Origin: a virus
Lineage: Duplodnaviria > Heunggongvirae > Uroviricota > Caudoviricetes
Virus record (IMG/VR): IMGVR_UViG_2877953467_000003
Location: 1-40,358 of that record
Strand: one strand, 5' to 3'
DNA length: 40,358 nucleotides
Part shown: positions 10,863 through 21,517 of the stretch, one piece after another
Layout of the letters: every line of letters starts with the position of its first letter
Numbering within the stretch: position 1 is the stretch's first letter
The notes under the pieces: generated by a model
Database searches by the model: none
What the model saw: only the letters and a program-made list of their open reading frames with translations
Told to the model about the DNA's origin: nothing
Translations under genes and position numbers: made by a program

Positions 10863-11186
10863 TTAATTTCCAGAACCACGCGACATTGTAGAATCGCTTC
10901 CGGAGGTCTCTTCCGTCTCCAAGCCGGTAAAAAAACGCATTACAATCATGCCTGCCTTGAAAATATCCAGCTTCGTCATCTGCGCTGCAGACGAGCGCGG
11001 GATCCCGGCCAGAAGCGGGATATATTTCAGCGCTACCTGACTGTCCATTTTCATACCACCATCAGGTGAAACAGAGAAAGGGAACCCCAGCGCCTCAATC
11101 TCGTCATACGTAGGCTCACGTATTTCCAGCACATGCAGTGTTTCTTTGTGGGCGATGATCGGTTTTTTAAGTACAAGCTCAATCAC
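10863..11186 (-). CDS. Tail assembly chaperone (Mu gp41-like)
   Basis: 107 aa ORF between tail tube and tape measure; an 84 bp gap before the tape measure could hold a frameshift extension (not verified). Confidence 0.5.
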   Translation of the reverse strand: MIELVLKKPIIAHKETLHVLEIREPTYDEIEALGFPFSVSPDGGMKMDSQVALKYIPLLAGIPRSSAAQMTKLDIFKAGMIVMRFFTGLETEETSGSDSTMSRGSGN

Positions 11187-11539
11187 TGGTAATCCCCTTC
11201 TTCACCGTGGAACTCAAGATCAACCGTGCCTTCTTCGGCATTATGGTTCGCTTCGCCGTGCAGCCAGGCAGACGACAGTACATAGACCTGACCGTTCGCC
11301 AGCTCGGCAGTGATGGTCATCTCATCAGACGAGGTGATTTTGCTTACCGGAAAATTCTTCGGCACCTTGAAGGTCCCTTTGACATAAGGCGCACGGTGAG
11401 TTTCCTTGCGGTCCACTGAACCGTCCAGGCCGATGATGTCATCGTTAACCGTTTTGTTCATGGGCACCTCAATGCCGCCGGTCAGCGATAGCTGCTGACC
11501 GTCAATTTTGAAATAACAGGTTCCCCCGATACGGGCCAT
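11183..11539 (-). CDS. Tail tube protein (Mu gp40-like)
   Basis: 118 aa; directly downstream of the sheath gene with overlapping start/stop. Confidence 0.7.
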   Translation of the reverse strand: MARIGGTCYFKIDGQQLSLTGGIEVPMNKTVNDDIIGLDGSVDRKETHRAPYVKGTFKVPKNFPVSKITSSDEMTITAELANGQVYVLSSAWLHGEANHNAEEGTVDLEFHGEEGDYQ

Positions 11540-13035
11540 TATGCAGACTCCTCTGAATACTGAAGACGGAACTGATTAACCACGGCAAAGACACGCAGCT
11601 GGTTAACATAGTCAGGCGGGAACAGCGTGTTCAGGCGGTTCGGATCGCTGGCATCACGCTCCACAACCAGATACTGCTTAAACAGTTCGTAGTTTTCCAC
11701 GATCCCCGCACGCTCAAGCTGACGGTAGGTTGCCAGCAGTTCCCCTTTGATTACCGCCGGGGTGACAATCGCCTGACCGGGACCAAAGCGGGTACCGTCG
11801 CTGGCAAGCTTGTGACGCCCGTACTTACTGGTAATGACGGATTTCAGTTTGCGCAGTACATACGCACTGGTATGCAGCGTCTCGCTGTCGAGGTAGCTGT
11901 TATCCGCAACACCGTAAGCGTTTTTCCTGTACGTGGTGACATCACGCTGAATGCGCAGCACCCCACTTTCGACATACGCCGTTGCCACGCCATGAGATAG
12001 CAGGGTCTGTTGTTCGGTCATCGTGAACCGTTTCCCCTTCGGCGCAGGCAGCATACCCACCAGCTCACCGGTCTGCGTGGGACGTGCCGGATCGTTGCGA
12101 ATAAACACCGCTGCGCGGGCGGTACGGCTTGCCGCCAGCTCGTCGGCAGGCGTCTGGGTCTCTTTTTCATATCCCGCCAGGGTAATGTGCTGCTGGTTAA
12201 ACTGGTCACCTGCGGTCACCAGTTCTGACAGCGTGCCGATCTTTGCCGTATACACATGACCATACAGCTGACGCGCATAGCTCCAGCGACCGCTGGTATC
12301 GTTCATCTCGGTCACCAGCGTGTTAACGGAGGCCGTGTCGTTGAACGGCAGGCCGATATAATCAAACGGCTCATCCGCCATTGCAGCCACCGCGCCAGTG
12401 AGAACAGGAGCGCCCGTTCCGGCGGTACCCGTCGCCACGGCAATCTGTACGCCCGCTGGCAGCACTTCGCCCCCACCAAAGCCGTAGTAATTGAGGCTGA
12501 CAGGAATTTCATTCCCGCAAAGCCCCTTATGACGCGCGGTCAGTGTGACCACGCCTGCCGAAGATGAAGCCGTAAACGGCAGGGTCGGAACGGCATTGAT
12601 GGCATCCTGGATACTGCTGGCAATCGTCGTGACGTTATCGCCGTTGGTCACCGGAGCCTGCACGCGGGTACGTCCCACATAGACATTCACCGTGCCGCTT
12701 TCGGTTGCTTCCCCGGTCACCGTCAGCGTAACCGTTGCCGCCGCGCCTGTGGATTCAGGAACGGCAATCACATACAGCTCGCCAAACGGGTCGGTCTGGC
12801 GATAAGCCTCGACCATACGCGCCAGCTGACTTCCCGCACCACAAATCTGGCGTGCATAGTCTGCCGACGGCATCAGTACCAGACTGTTGGCAACAATCTC
12901 TGCACCGTTATTGGCATGACCAATCAGCAGCGATGCTCCGCTGTCCTGTGCAGTATTCGCCGCCTGGTTATCCATTTCCGCATAAAACAACGGAACCAGC
13001 GTATTCGACGGAATGGTGTTAAAGCTTATCGTCAT
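11539..13035 (-). CDS. Contractile tail sheath protein
   Basis: 498 aa; size and position upstream of tube gene typical of myovirus sheath. Confidence 0.85.
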   Translation of the reverse strand: MTISFNTIPSNTLVPLFYAEMDNQAANTAQDSGASLLIGHANNGAEIVANSLVLMPSADYARQICGAGSQLARMVEAYRQTDPFGELYVIAVPESTGAAATVTLTVTGEATESGTVNVYVGRTRVQAPVTNGDNVTTIASSIQDAINAVPTLPFTASSSAGVVTLTARHKGLCGNEIPVSLNYYGFGGGEVLPAGVQIAVATGTAGTGAPVLTGAVAAMADEPFDYIGLPFNDTASVNTLVTEMNDTSGRWSYARQLYGHVYTAKIGTLSELVTAGDQFNQQHITLAGYEKETQTPADELAASRTARAAVFIRNDPARPTQTGELVGMLPAPKGKRFTMTEQQTLLSHGVATAYVESGVLRIQRDVTTYRKNAYGVADNSYLDSETLHTSAYVLRKLKSVITSKYGRHKLASDGTRFGPGQAIVTPAVIKGELLATYRQLERAGIVENYELFKQYLVVERDASDPNRLNTLFPPDYVNQLRVFAVVNQFRLQYSEESA

Positions 13036-13189
13036 CGGTATTCACCTTTTTATTCACGCGCCGGATATCACCCGCTGCTTCACGGCGCAGCCAGTAGTTG
13101 TTCTCATCAACATTTCGCCCCTCGGCGGGCAAAAGGTCGCCGCGGGCAGGGTCAGGAACTGACCGCCCTTTAACAGGTTTCACAAACAT
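13028..13189 (-). CDS. Small hypothetical protein upstream of sheath gene (about 53 aa)
   Basis: Hand-translated minus-strand ORF (MFVKPVKGRSVPDP...) overlapping the sheath start; below ORF-track size cut-off. Confidence 0.3.
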
Positions 13190-13197
13190 GAAGATTC

Positions 13198-13758
13198 TCA
13201 GGAAGGAAGGGTTATTTCGGTGTGATGTTCGATATCGCCGTCAGGCCCGTTACCGGGATCGAGATAATCAACATCAATCGCCAGCGTTCGCAGTTCATCC
13301 AGACTGTTCAGGTCATCCTGCTGGCGGGTATCGTCTTCGGTCAGCTCGCTGATGACCGAAAAATCGAACTGATAAATCAGCTCATGACGATTCAGATCCA
13401 GCAGCGTGCCGCCGTCATAGGTAATCGGGTTACCGCACGCCTCCGGGTTCCAGCCCAGCAGAGCCTTAAAGAGCATCTGCCGGACATCGTCCACTACATC
13501 ATACGAGGCAAACTGACCGCGCTCATCACGCCCGTTACTCAGTATGACAACCACGGAGAAACCCTCTTTCAGCTCCTGCCAGTAGTCGGTCTGGCTTTTG
13601 TTTTCTCCCGGAGAATCATCACCCGGTACAACATATGCCGCCGGGAGTTTCAGCTTTCCGACCTCCGGCAGATTTTTGAACTGTGCCGCGCCTGCCACCC
13701 GGTTTTCAAAATACGGGCAGCGGGCACGCAGCGCAGCAATAACAGGCGTCAGTTTCAT
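13198..13758 (-). CDS. Mu gp37-like tail/virion protein (DUF1834-like)
   Basis: 186 aa; synteny upstream of sheath. Confidence 0.5.
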   Translation of the reverse strand: MKLTPVIAALRARCPYFENRVAGAAQFKNLPEVGKLKLPAAYVVPGDDSPGENKSQTDYWQELKEGFSVVVILSNGRDERGQFASYDVVDDVRQMLFKALLGWNPEACGNPITYDGGTLLDLNRHELIYQFDFSVISELTEDDTRQQDDLNSLDELRTLAIDVDYLDPGNGPDGDIEHHTEITLPS

Positions 13759-14261
13759 CTGTGTCGTCGCTCCGGCTTCAGTGATTTACGCAATTCCCGC
13801 GCCAGAAAATAGCGTGTCCAGCTGCGGTTCTTTTCAAGAGTTTCCACCATGAAGTTATTACGTGGAGCCAGTCGCCAGCCGCTGCCACCGGATGCACCAC
13901 GATGATGACTACGACGACGTTTTGCTCCTCCCCGGACACCAAAAAACAGAAATGCCGGATAGAAGTCACCAGAGATCATCCGGTTCCCCTTCCCGTTGCG
14001 CTGGTTAGGGGCAATGCGTGTCATAAAACCGGCTCGCTTTTTACTGGCTCTCGGCACCATATAACCAATCGAACGAGCCAGGCGTCCGGTCTGATAACCG
14101 GGGTTTTCACCTGGTGCCGACCGCGCACGGCGCATCACCAGCCGACGGGCATCACGCATATGACGCTGCCCAATCGTGACAAACGCCCGCCGGACACGGG
14201 CGCGGTTAAAGCGCATCTCGGCGGGCTGCTGAACATCAACGTGAAAAAAGGGAGTCGCCAT
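13755..14261 (-). CDS. Virion morphogenesis protein (Mu G-like)
   Basis: 168 aa basic protein; position between head-tail joining and tail genes. Confidence 0.55.
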   Translation of the reverse strand: MATPFFHVDVQQPAEMRFNRARVRRAFVTIGQRHMRDARRLVMRRARSAPGENPGYQTGRLARSIGYMVPRASKKRAGFMTRIAPNQRNGKGNRMISGDFYPAFLFFGVRGGAKRRRSHHRGASGGSGWRLAPRNNFMVETLEKNRSWTRYFLARELRKSLKPERRHR

Positions 14262-14646
14262 TGCTGCCTCCGTGACTCTGCCTACATTCGCCCAGCTCCG
14301 TACACTCCAGCAGCAGAAAGCGCCGCGCCCCGTTCAGATCACGCTGACGTTTCACCCGGTACACACTGTCATCACAGACCACCTCATAATCAGCGGTGAT
14401 CCCCCGGCGGTAACGAATGGTGATGTAATGGGTGATGGCGTCCCCGGTCTGCGCGGTTTCCTGCCAGGTGGTGGCACTGGTCTGGACAACCTTCGCCCAT
14501 GCCCGGAACGCAACCGGGTATTGAGGCTCCACGCCAAAGTTATCCGCAGGCATATCCACCCGCTGGCGGATCAGGACGCGTTTATTCAGTTCGCCGGGGT
14601 CCGGCAGAATGTAGGTTGCGCTGGTCTGCGCCTGACGAATTTTCAT
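14236..14646 (-). CDS. Head-tail joining / head closure protein
   Basis: 136 aa; synteny downstream of the connector gene. Confidence 0.5.
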   Translation of the reverse strand: MKIRQAQTSATYILPDPGELNKRVLIRQRVDMPADNFGVEPQYPVAFRAWAKVVQTSATTWQETAQTGDAITHYITIRYRRGITADYEVVCDDSVYRVKRQRDLNGARRFLLLECTELGECRQSHGGSNGDSLFSR

Positions 14647-14966
14647 TGCGGAAAGTACCTGTACGGGCCGACAAGCCAGCCAAAACTCTGCGGCATGTCG
14701 AGTTTCTCCACTTCCGTAACCGAAGAGCGGTTTTCGTAAAAATGGCTGATAAGCATCAGCATCCCCAGACGAATATCATCCGACAGGTGCAGCCCGTCCG
14801 GATCGCTGTCCGGAATGGTTTCATCCGGTGCATAGAGCTTCCGGTTCAGATACGTTTCCGTCCGCTTTTGCGCCGCACAGGCCAGCAGTTGCAGATGGCG
14901 GTCATCAGCATCGAAATCCTCATCCAGCCGGAGTTGGGCTTTAATCTCTTCCATTGTCAGAAGCAT
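14643..14966 (-). CDS. Head-tail connector protein (gp6-like)
   Basis: 107 aa acidic protein; conserved position after the major capsid gene in HK97-like heads. Confidence 0.55.
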   Translation of the reverse strand: MLLTMEEIKAQLRLDEDFDADDRHLQLLACAAQKRTETYLNRKLYAPDETIPDSDPDGLHLSDDIRLGMLMLISHFYENRSSVTEVEKLDMPQSFGWLVGPYRYFPQ

Positions 14967-14968
14967 AC

Positions 14969-15169
14969 TCAGCCCTCTTTACTGGTCGTGGCTTTTTTCT
15001 CTTTTGCCGCTTTACTGCTTTTTGCACTGGTTCCGCGCTCTGCTAACCCGGCCTGAAGTGCAATCTCCTGCACCCGGGCAGGAAGCGCCCCGTCGTCATA
15101 CTCACCGGCCCGAATGACCTCAACACGCATACCGTCCGGTGACCATTTCAGATCTTGTTTCAGGATCAT
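14969..15169 (-). CDS. Hypothetical small protein with Lys/Ser-rich C-terminus
   Basis: 66 aa ORF tightly packed between capsid and connector genes. Confidence 0.4.
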   Translation of the reverse strand: MILKQDLKWSPDGMRVEVIRAGEYDDGALPARVQEIALQAGLAERGTSAKSSKAAKEKKATTSKEG

Positions 15170-15218
15170 GATTCTTCACCCGTCAGAACAGGGGGCGCGG
15201 TTCCGCGCCCCTGAGTGA

Positions 15219-16424
15219 TTACGCCGCTGCAATCTTCAGCAGTTTGATGGCCTGCGAATCGACCAGCATCCCGCCGGTGCGCTTGGTGGTATAAAAACCG
15301 ACAAACGGTTTATTGGTGTACGGATCACGCAGAATGCGGGTGCCGATACGGTCAACGATGGTGTAACCCCGTTTGAAGTTACCAAATGCAATGGCTTTCG
15401 CATCAGCGGCGATATCCGGCATCTGTTCGTTTTCAGCGATACCGTAACCCGCCAGAGAGGACGGCTGCCCCAGTTCCAGCCCCGGACGCCACAGATAGTT
15501 ACCCTCGGTGTCTTTCAGCAGACGGATGGCAAACAGGCTGTTGTTGTTCATCATGAACTTCGCGCCAGTGCGGTGTGCCTTTCGCAGCGTGTAAATCAGT
15601 TTGATAATGGCGTCTGCGGTCACCGCGGTCGCTTCGCCGGATACAATATGCTGAAGTTTGCCGAACGCCCGGACCTTATCGGTTTCATCAGTGGATTCAT
15701 ACGCCAGGAACCCTTTCGGCTTCTTGGTACCATCGCCGGTGGTAAAGGCAATTTCTTCCTGTTCGGCAAATTCGGTTGCCAGCTCGCTGTTGATCCAGGC
15801 CTCCACGTTGAAGAAGGCATCATCCAGCATTTTCTGTGTGGCCTGCGGGTTACCGTAGATTTCCCCCATGAAAGGTTCAATCAGCTCCAGTCTGGAGGTG
15901 GCAGTCTGGGATCGCGTATCCGTTTCCCCCACCCATCCGGAAGCCGTACCGCCCAGATTCACCAGTTTTTTGTAGTCGGAACCGCCAACGGTGATCACCG
16001 TGGCTTCCTGACGCATCACAACTTCATCTTTCAGCAGGTTAAGAATGTTGCGATCCAGTTCTTCCGGCACGGCATAGCCACCGTCTTCATCGGTGCCCAC
16101 CTGCAATGCCTTACGCTCCAGATCGCGCAGACCGTCTTCACGGCCTTTACGCAGGAAGCCCACAAACGCCTCTTTGTGCTCTGTGGCCAGTTTATTTTGC
16201 GCACCACCTGCCGGACGTTTCAGCTCAAGCAGCTCTTTTTCAAGGTCGCTTTTGAGATTTTCCAGCTCGCTGAGTTTCCCGTTCAGGGTTTCCACCTGCC
16301 CGGCAAGTTTGCCTTTTTCCTGCTCAATCGCATCCACGCGCTTGTCGTTCTTTGCTTTGAAGTCGTCAAACTTCTGCTGCAGTTCCTGCGCGACCTGTTC
16401 GACATCTTTAATATCTACCGCCAT
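15219..16424 (-). CDS. Major capsid protein (HK97 family)
   Basis: 401 aa with coiled-coil N-terminal delta domain and HK97-fold body; follows the prohead protease. Confidence 0.85.
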   Translation of the reverse strand: MAVDIKDVEQVAQELQQKFDDFKAKNDKRVDAIEQEKGKLAGQVETLNGKLSELENLKSDLEKELLELKRPAGGAQNKLATEHKEAFVGFLRKGREDGLRDLERKALQVGTDEDGGYAVPEELDRNILNLLKDEVVMRQEATVITVGGSDYKKLVNLGGTASGWVGETDTRSQTATSRLELIEPFMGEIYGNPQATQKMLDDAFFNVEAWINSELATEFAEQEEIAFTTGDGTKKPKGFLAYESTDETDKVRAFGKLQHIVSGEATAVTADAIIKLIYTLRKAHRTGAKFMMNNNSLFAIRLLKDTEGNYLWRPGLELGQPSSLAGYGIAENEQMPDIAADAKAIAFGNFKRGYTIVDRIGTRILRDPYTNKPFVGFYTTKRTGGMLVDSQAIKLLKIAAA

Positions 16425-16438
16425 CGTATTTCTCCTGA

Positions 16439-17125
16439 TTAGAAGTTCAGATTTTTCAGTGCATTCAGTGCAGAGCTCACATCCTCAGCGTCGCGCAGGG
16501 ACAGTGCGCCATAGCCCCCGGCCATGAATGCTTTGGCCTGGGTACGGGAGAGTCCGACATCACGCAGGACTCTTTCGATTTTTTTCTGTTCGGGGATTTC
16601 CCCGCGGGCCAGTGCGTTCTTGACGTCGCTGATCCGCGCCTCGTCGTTAGACGGGAACGTCACCAGGCTGACTTCCCAGAGGTCGATTTCTTTCAGCAGA
16701 AAGGCTTCTTTGCTCCGGTCGTATTCCCAGTCTTTCAGGACGTACCCAATAGAAAGGCCGGTTAACGAACCGGCCTTCATGTGTGCATGTGCGCGTTTTG
16801 CGAGGGGATCATCATCAATAAGCAACCGTCCCCTGACGTAAAGCCCGACATCGTCTTCCTTCATTTCGGTGTAAACACCGATGGGCTCATCCATGCGGTG
16901 CTGCCAGAGCAGCGCAGGTAACGCTTTTCTGTCACTCCACGCCCGCAGGGAAGCAGCAAATGCCCCGGACATCACCACATCATCGTGGCTGTCCTTTACA
17001 CCAAAGACGGAGCCATACCCTTCAAACTCACCGGAGTCACTGACAGATTTCAGACTCAGCGGTACATCAAGACGTTGTTTCGTCTGCATTGGCGTTATCC
17101 TTCTGCTTACCGGCTTTACTGCCAT
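16439..17125 (-). CDS. Prohead protease (HK97 family)
   Basis: 228 aa; between portal and capsid; start region overlaps the portal 3' end. Confidence 0.8.
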   Translation of the reverse strand: MAVKPVSRRITPMQTKQRLDVPLSLKSVSDSGEFEGYGSVFGVKDSHDDVVMSGAFAASLRAWSDRKALPALLWQHRMDEPIGVYTEMKEDDVGLYVRGRLLIDDDPLAKRAHAHMKAGSLTGLSIGYVLKDWEYDRSKEAFLLKEIDLWEVSLVTFPSNDEARISDVKNALARGEIPEQKKIERVLRDVGLSRTQAKAFMAGGYGALSLRDAEDVSSALNALKNLNF

Positions 17126-18329
17126 CGGAGGGTTTCGTGGTCATATTCATCGGTGTGAGATAGACATCCCCACCGGGACGCGGATTCATATCTTCCAGGT
17201 CGCGGCAGTCATTGGGAGAGTAAATTCCCCAGTTGATACCGGTGGCGTAGGCTTCAAAACGGGACTTCATATCCCCGCGCAGTAACGCCCCGGCGTTAAA
17301 TTTGGCGTAATAAACGCCCTGCTTACTTTTTCGTACCAGTCCGGTGTTGATCCGCTGCTCAATGCGGGTCAGATACGGCACCAGTGAATAGTTGATAAAT
17401 CCCAGCCCCAGCTCTTCGATATTGTTGAAGGTGGCGCGATCGGTGTTCTGCACCATGTGCAATGGCACCCGGAACAGACGACAGATTTCTTCAAGCTGAA
17501 ACTTGCGGGTTTCCAGGAACTGGCTGTCCTCGGCGTTCAGCGCCATCGACTTCCAGTCCAGCCCCATCTCAAGGATCATCGGGCGGTGAGCATTGCCAAG
17601 CCCGGTGTGACGCTCCTCAAAATCTTTCTTCAGGCGCTCATAAGCCTGATCCGACAGCGTCTGCTCTGTACGCAACACACCCGACGTCACCGCACCATTG
17701 CTGAACAGTCTGGCCCCGTGCTCTTCGGTCGCAGCTGCCAGCGATATTGCCTCGCGGGCATAGGCGATGGGATTCAGTCCCACCAGACCGTCCAGCGTCA
17801 GCGTGCGCACATGCCAGATATCTTCCTGGCTCAGTACATCCGTGGAGCCGTCCGGGAATGTGACCTGATAGATCGGCTCCCAGCTACTGTTAAGCTTCGG
17901 TACCACACAGCCGGGATCGACGGGCAGCAGTTCAGCCACTTCGCCAAATGCTTTCACTTTGTAGGCGTAAAAGTTTCCCCGCAGGCACAGACAGGTGACC
18001 ACCAGCTCCCAGAACTCCTGCGGCGTCATATAGCCATTGGGATGCGTGGAGATCAGTTTATGCAGACGTTCGCCGGTGGCTCTCTGCTTCAGGCTGCCGT
18101 TCAGGTGATACAGGTTGCAGGGCAACATCCCGACCGACTCTGCCAGCACTCTGACGCAGGAAAAAACCGCCGTCAGTCGCATGGCCCGCTGACTGCTGAT
18201 CTGCTTTCCGGTATAGGTGTCATACGACAGCCCGATGGCATCCGCCAGCTCTGCTGGCGTGGTCACCGGTGCGTCACTTTTTCGTTGAAATAATCCCGAA
18301 AATCGTTGAAATAATCCCGAAAAGAACAC
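17067..18329 (-). CDS. Portal protein (HK97 family)
   Basis: 420 aa directly downstream of TerL; N-terminal region carries a 21 bp in-frame tandem duplication. Confidence 0.85.
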   Translation of the reverse strand: MFFSGLFQRFSGLFQRKSDAPVTTPAELADAIGLSYDTYTGKQISSQRAMRLTAVFSCVRVLAESVGMLPCNLYHLNGSLKQRATGERLHKLISTHPNGYMTPQEFWELVVTCLCLRGNFYAYKVKAFGEVAELLPVDPGCVVPKLNSSWEPIYQVTFPDGSTDVLSQEDIWHVRTLTLDGLVGLNPIAYAREAISLAAATEEHGARLFSNGAVTSGVLRTEQTLSDQAYERLKKDFEERHTGLGNAHRPMILEMGLDWKSMALNAEDSQFLETRKFQLEEICRLFRVPLHMVQNTDRATFNNIEELGLGFINYSLVPYLTRIEQRINTGLVRKSKQGVYYAKFNAGALLRGDMKSRFEAYATGINWGIYSPNDCRDLEDMNPRPGGDVYLTPMNMTTKPSDGSKAGKQKDNANADETTS

Positions 18330-18511
18330 TATTTACCTCCGCCGACAGACGACTGTGTACGGTCGAGATATCGCGCCACCAGCCACGACCAGAACAGGCA
18401 CAACGCCCCGGCAACAACAAACCCCGCCGGGGGATAAATCAGCCAGGCACCATACGCCAGCAAAAGCGCCCCCAGCACGCCCACCAGAGGCGCGAGAATC
18501 AGTATGATCAT
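18329..18511 (-). CDS. Small membrane protein
   Basis: 60 aa, two hydrophobic helices; between terminase and portal. Confidence 0.4.
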   Translation of the reverse strand: MIILILAPLVGVLGALLLAYGAWLIYPPAGFVVAGALCLFWSWLVARYLDRTQSSVGGGK

Positions 18512-18522
18512 AATTACCTCAG

Positions 18523-20256
18523 TTAAAGCGAGCGGATCCCATAGGACTCAATGTGGTCAGACAGCGTGTCTTCTTTCTCGTACAGCATGGCTCTGCCAAC
18601 CGCCATAATCAGCGCAACTGCACCATCGATTTTGTTTTCCGCCTGCTCTTTGACGGGCTTCACCACATCATCGTTACCCGGAATGGTTTTGCCGACCACG
18701 TTGCCGATACACCAGGTCATGATGGGATTGCCATCATGATGAAAGCGCCCCGATTCAATTGCCGCTTCCAGCTCTTTCATCGGGTCGGACATGTTGGTGT
18801 AGTTCTGAATGATAGTGACGGGATTCAGGTCTTCATCAGCAAGGTCATGTGACAACCCGGTCGCCCCGAAGGGGTCGATGGGTGACTCACTGACCGGGCT
18901 GATTTTGTTCGCCGCTTTGGCCTCCTCGAGGATGTAGCGATAATCCACCTCCGCACCATCGGTAACGGTCAGAACGCCCATTTCCACCCATTTCTGAAAG
19001 CGTTCGGCTGTCCGGCGATCTTCATTTTTCTCGACGCTGTACACCGTGTCATACGGTACCCAGAAACGCGGGGCCACACTGTAGTAATGCGTTTTACCGT
19101 CAATCTCGCGGGTATAAAGTCGCGCCATGCTGTTCATATCCAGCTTACGCGCCAGGTCAAAGGCCAGAATGCACGGCTGTCCCTCGAACTGCTCAAGGGT
19201 CAGTGATTTATCCTCGCAGCTCTGCCAGCTCACCAGGTTGAAATACGCCGAACGTGCCGACACCCAGATATTGAGGTGTTTTGTTTTAAAGACGTTTGCC
19301 AGACGGGCGTTATTTTTCGCACGCTGCTGCTGACTTAACAAAAATTCGCGATAAACCGACACGCCAATATTTGGATTGGCTTTTTCCAGCACCTGCGGGT
19401 CGGTCCAGTCGTCACCTTCATCAACGGTATAGATGATCCCGAACAGTTCATCGTTGGGTACCGACCCGTTGAGCATCTCGATAACTTCCCGCCGCTTGTC
19501 GTAGCACGGCCCCTCAATGTTGTACCCGGCAGTAGTAATGGCCCACATCAGTGGCTGACGTCGCGCCCCCATCCCGGTAAGCATCGTGGTGTAAAGCGCA
19601 TCGGTGGCGTGCTCGTGATATTCATCCACCACCGCACAGTGGGGTGATGATCCATCACCGGGGTTACCGATCAGCGGTTCAAACCGCGCGCCATCCTCCG
19701 GACGGTTCATGTTTGAGGCGTTAACCTCAATCCCGAACGCTTCCGTCAGCATGGGTGTGCGTTTACACATCAGTCGCGCCGGGCGAAAGACTTCCCACGC
19801 CTGTTTCTCTGTCGTGGCACCGGAATACACTTCCGCGCCAAACTCGTTATCACAGGCAAAACAATACAGGGCGACACCGGCAGAGATTGCCGATTTGCCG
19901 TTCTTACGGGGGATTTCGGTATACACCTCCCGGAAGCGGCGCAGCCGGGTACCTTTATTGACCCAGCCAAACGCACAGCAGATCACAAAGAGCTGCCACG
20001 GCTCCAGCGTGATGGGCATCCGTTTGAATGCCCACTCACCCTTGGTATGCGGCAACAGCTGAATAAATTTGGCGGCCCGTTCAGCCAGGTCCTTGTCGAA
20101 GCGGTAACGAAACGACTTACTTTTTTCCGCCATCAGGTCATCAAGATGGCGCTGGCAGGCCTGAATCACAAACTGGCAGGCCACAATCTTTCCGCGCACG
20201 ACATCACGGGCATACTGATTGGCTGCATTTACGTTGGGGTAAGATTTCCGGCTCAT
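18523..20256 (-). CDS. Terminase large subunit
   Basis: 577 aa; ATPase plus nuclease architecture; follows TerS. Confidence 0.9.
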   Translation of the reverse strand: MSRKSYPNVNAANQYARDVVRGKIVACQFVIQACQRHLDDLMAEKSKSFRYRFDKDLAERAAKFIQLLPHTKGEWAFKRMPITLEPWQLFVICCAFGWVNKGTRLRRFREVYTEIPRKNGKSAISAGVALYCFACDNEFGAEVYSGATTEKQAWEVFRPARLMCKRTPMLTEAFGIEVNASNMNRPEDGARFEPLIGNPGDGSSPHCAVVDEYHEHATDALYTTMLTGMGARRQPLMWAITTAGYNIEGPCYDKRREVIEMLNGSVPNDELFGIIYTVDEGDDWTDPQVLEKANPNIGVSVYREFLLSQQQRAKNNARLANVFKTKHLNIWVSARSAYFNLVSWQSCEDKSLTLEQFEGQPCILAFDLARKLDMNSMARLYTREIDGKTHYYSVAPRFWVPYDTVYSVEKNEDRRTAERFQKWVEMGVLTVTDGAEVDYRYILEEAKAANKISPVSESPIDPFGATGLSHDLADEDLNPVTIIQNYTNMSDPMKELEAAIESGRFHHDGNPIMTWCIGNVVGKTIPGNDDVVKPVKEQAENKIDGAVALIMAVGRAMLYEKEDTLSDHIESYGIRSL

Positions 20257-20269
20257 GATTCGATGATTT

Positions 20270-20764
20270 TCAGATTGTCAGAAACGGGTTAGTGGCTTTC
20301 TTCTTCCCCGCCAGGCCAATCAGACGCTGGCGGCTGCTGGGGTCGAGTCCGAGCATTGCCCCCGTGCTGCTCATCTCGGACTCCTGTTCTTTTTTGGCGG
20401 TCAGCTCCGGATTTTTGACCATGCCGCCCATTGCACCGGTGATGGTGTTGCCCTGTCTGGCAATATTTTTCACGGCACGTCGCCAGAACTCATAGGCTAC
20501 GCACCACCGCTCAAGTACCGCCAGGTCAGTCACGCACAGCAGGCCCTGACCGCAGAGTTCTTTGGTTGTCAGTTGCCACATGATCGTGGCGAGAGGGAGA
20601 TCTTCTTCAGCGAACCACTCCGGTGGCTCAACACCTTTGATGGGCGTAAAAACAGGTTCATCTTTATTCAGGGCTCGCTTGCCGGGGTTTCCGGCCAGCG
20701 CCTTGCGCGCCGTTGGCTTGGGGCGACGCCCGGAACGCCCCGCCGTTCCAGCCATATGCGGCAC
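20270..20764 (-). CDS. Terminase small subunit (P27 family)
   Basis: 164 aa with basic N-terminus [18 protein letters not shown]; upstream of TerL. Confidence 0.8.
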   Translation of the reverse strand: MPHMAGTAGRSGRRPKPTARKALAGNPGKRALNKDEPVFTPIKGVEPPEWFAEEDLPLATIMWQLTTKELCGQGLLCVTDLAVLERWCVAYEFWRRAVKNIARQGNTITGAMGGMVKNPELTAKKEQESEMSSTGAMLGLDPSSRQRLIGLAGKKKATNPFLTI

Positions 20765-20880
20765 TCCTGGTTAAATTTCATTTTTCGCGGGTATAAAAAA
20801 ACGATGGGGCGGGCAGTCCGGAAGACGTCAGGTCACAGAGATTTGACCCGCCCCTCCCCTCAGACAGTTGAGAGTTATTA

Positions 20881-21231
20881 TCACTTAAGCCGTTCACGGG
20901 CCGTCTTCGCCTTATGGCACGGCCAGCACAGACTCTGCAGATTACTGTCGGCATCAGTGCCGCCATGTGCTTTAGGGATGATGTGGTCAACGGTTTTCGC
21001 TTCACGCGCCACACCAGCACGCAGACATAACTGACACAGGCCTTTGTCACGCTTCAGCACACGCGCGCGGATAACGTCCCACTTCGAACCATAACCGCGC
21101 TGGTGACGGGACTGACCTGGCTTATATTGCGTCCAGCCTTCGCTTTTGTGGCTTTCACAATAGCCTGACGGATCTGTGGTGGTATGGCGGCAACCGCGAA
21201 CACGGCAGGCTTTTGGGATTCGTGGCGGCAT
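20881..21231 (-). CDS. HNH endonuclease (terminase-associated)
   Basis: Cys-rich zinc-binding motifs plus DHIIPKAHGG HNH signature; located just upstream of TerS as in HK97-like cos phages. Confidence 0.85.
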   Translation of the reverse strand: MPPRIPKACRVRGCRHTTTDPSGYCESHKSEGWTQYKPGQSRHQRGYGSKWDVIRARVLKRDKGLCQLCLRAGVAREAKTVDHIIPKAHGGTDADSNLQSLCWPCHKAKTARERLK

Positions 21232-21517
21232 ATGTACTAATCTCCGATTTATCCAAATTTCACTGCCATAATGCCGACATTCTCTGCCATTATTGGCTCC
21301 GTTTATCCGTTAAAAGGGATATCAGTTAAGTTATCCCGTGCAGGGTATAAGCCATTGTCGAGACCACTCATTGAATGGCCTCTGCAATAACCGATGTCTT
21401 TCCATCAGTCCGCCACCACAAAGAATCTTTTTTGCCATAAGGCTGGAGGTTCATCTTTCAGTGGCTGCCAGTGTTATTTCCCCACTTACTGGCTTGGGTT
21501 GTTTCGCGGTGCTGCCG

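Noticed and set aside
13222-13812. 196 aa plus-strand ORF
   Set aside because: Antisense to two tightly packed tail genes with conserved synteny; no independent support.
15573-16442. 289 aa plus-strand ORF
   Set aside because: Entirely antisense to the major capsid gene, which has clear HK97-family character and synteny; no RBS or functional motifs.
17457-18293. 278 aa plus-strand ORF
   Set aside because: Antisense to the portal gene; Gln/Arg-rich composition typical of spurious antisense frames.
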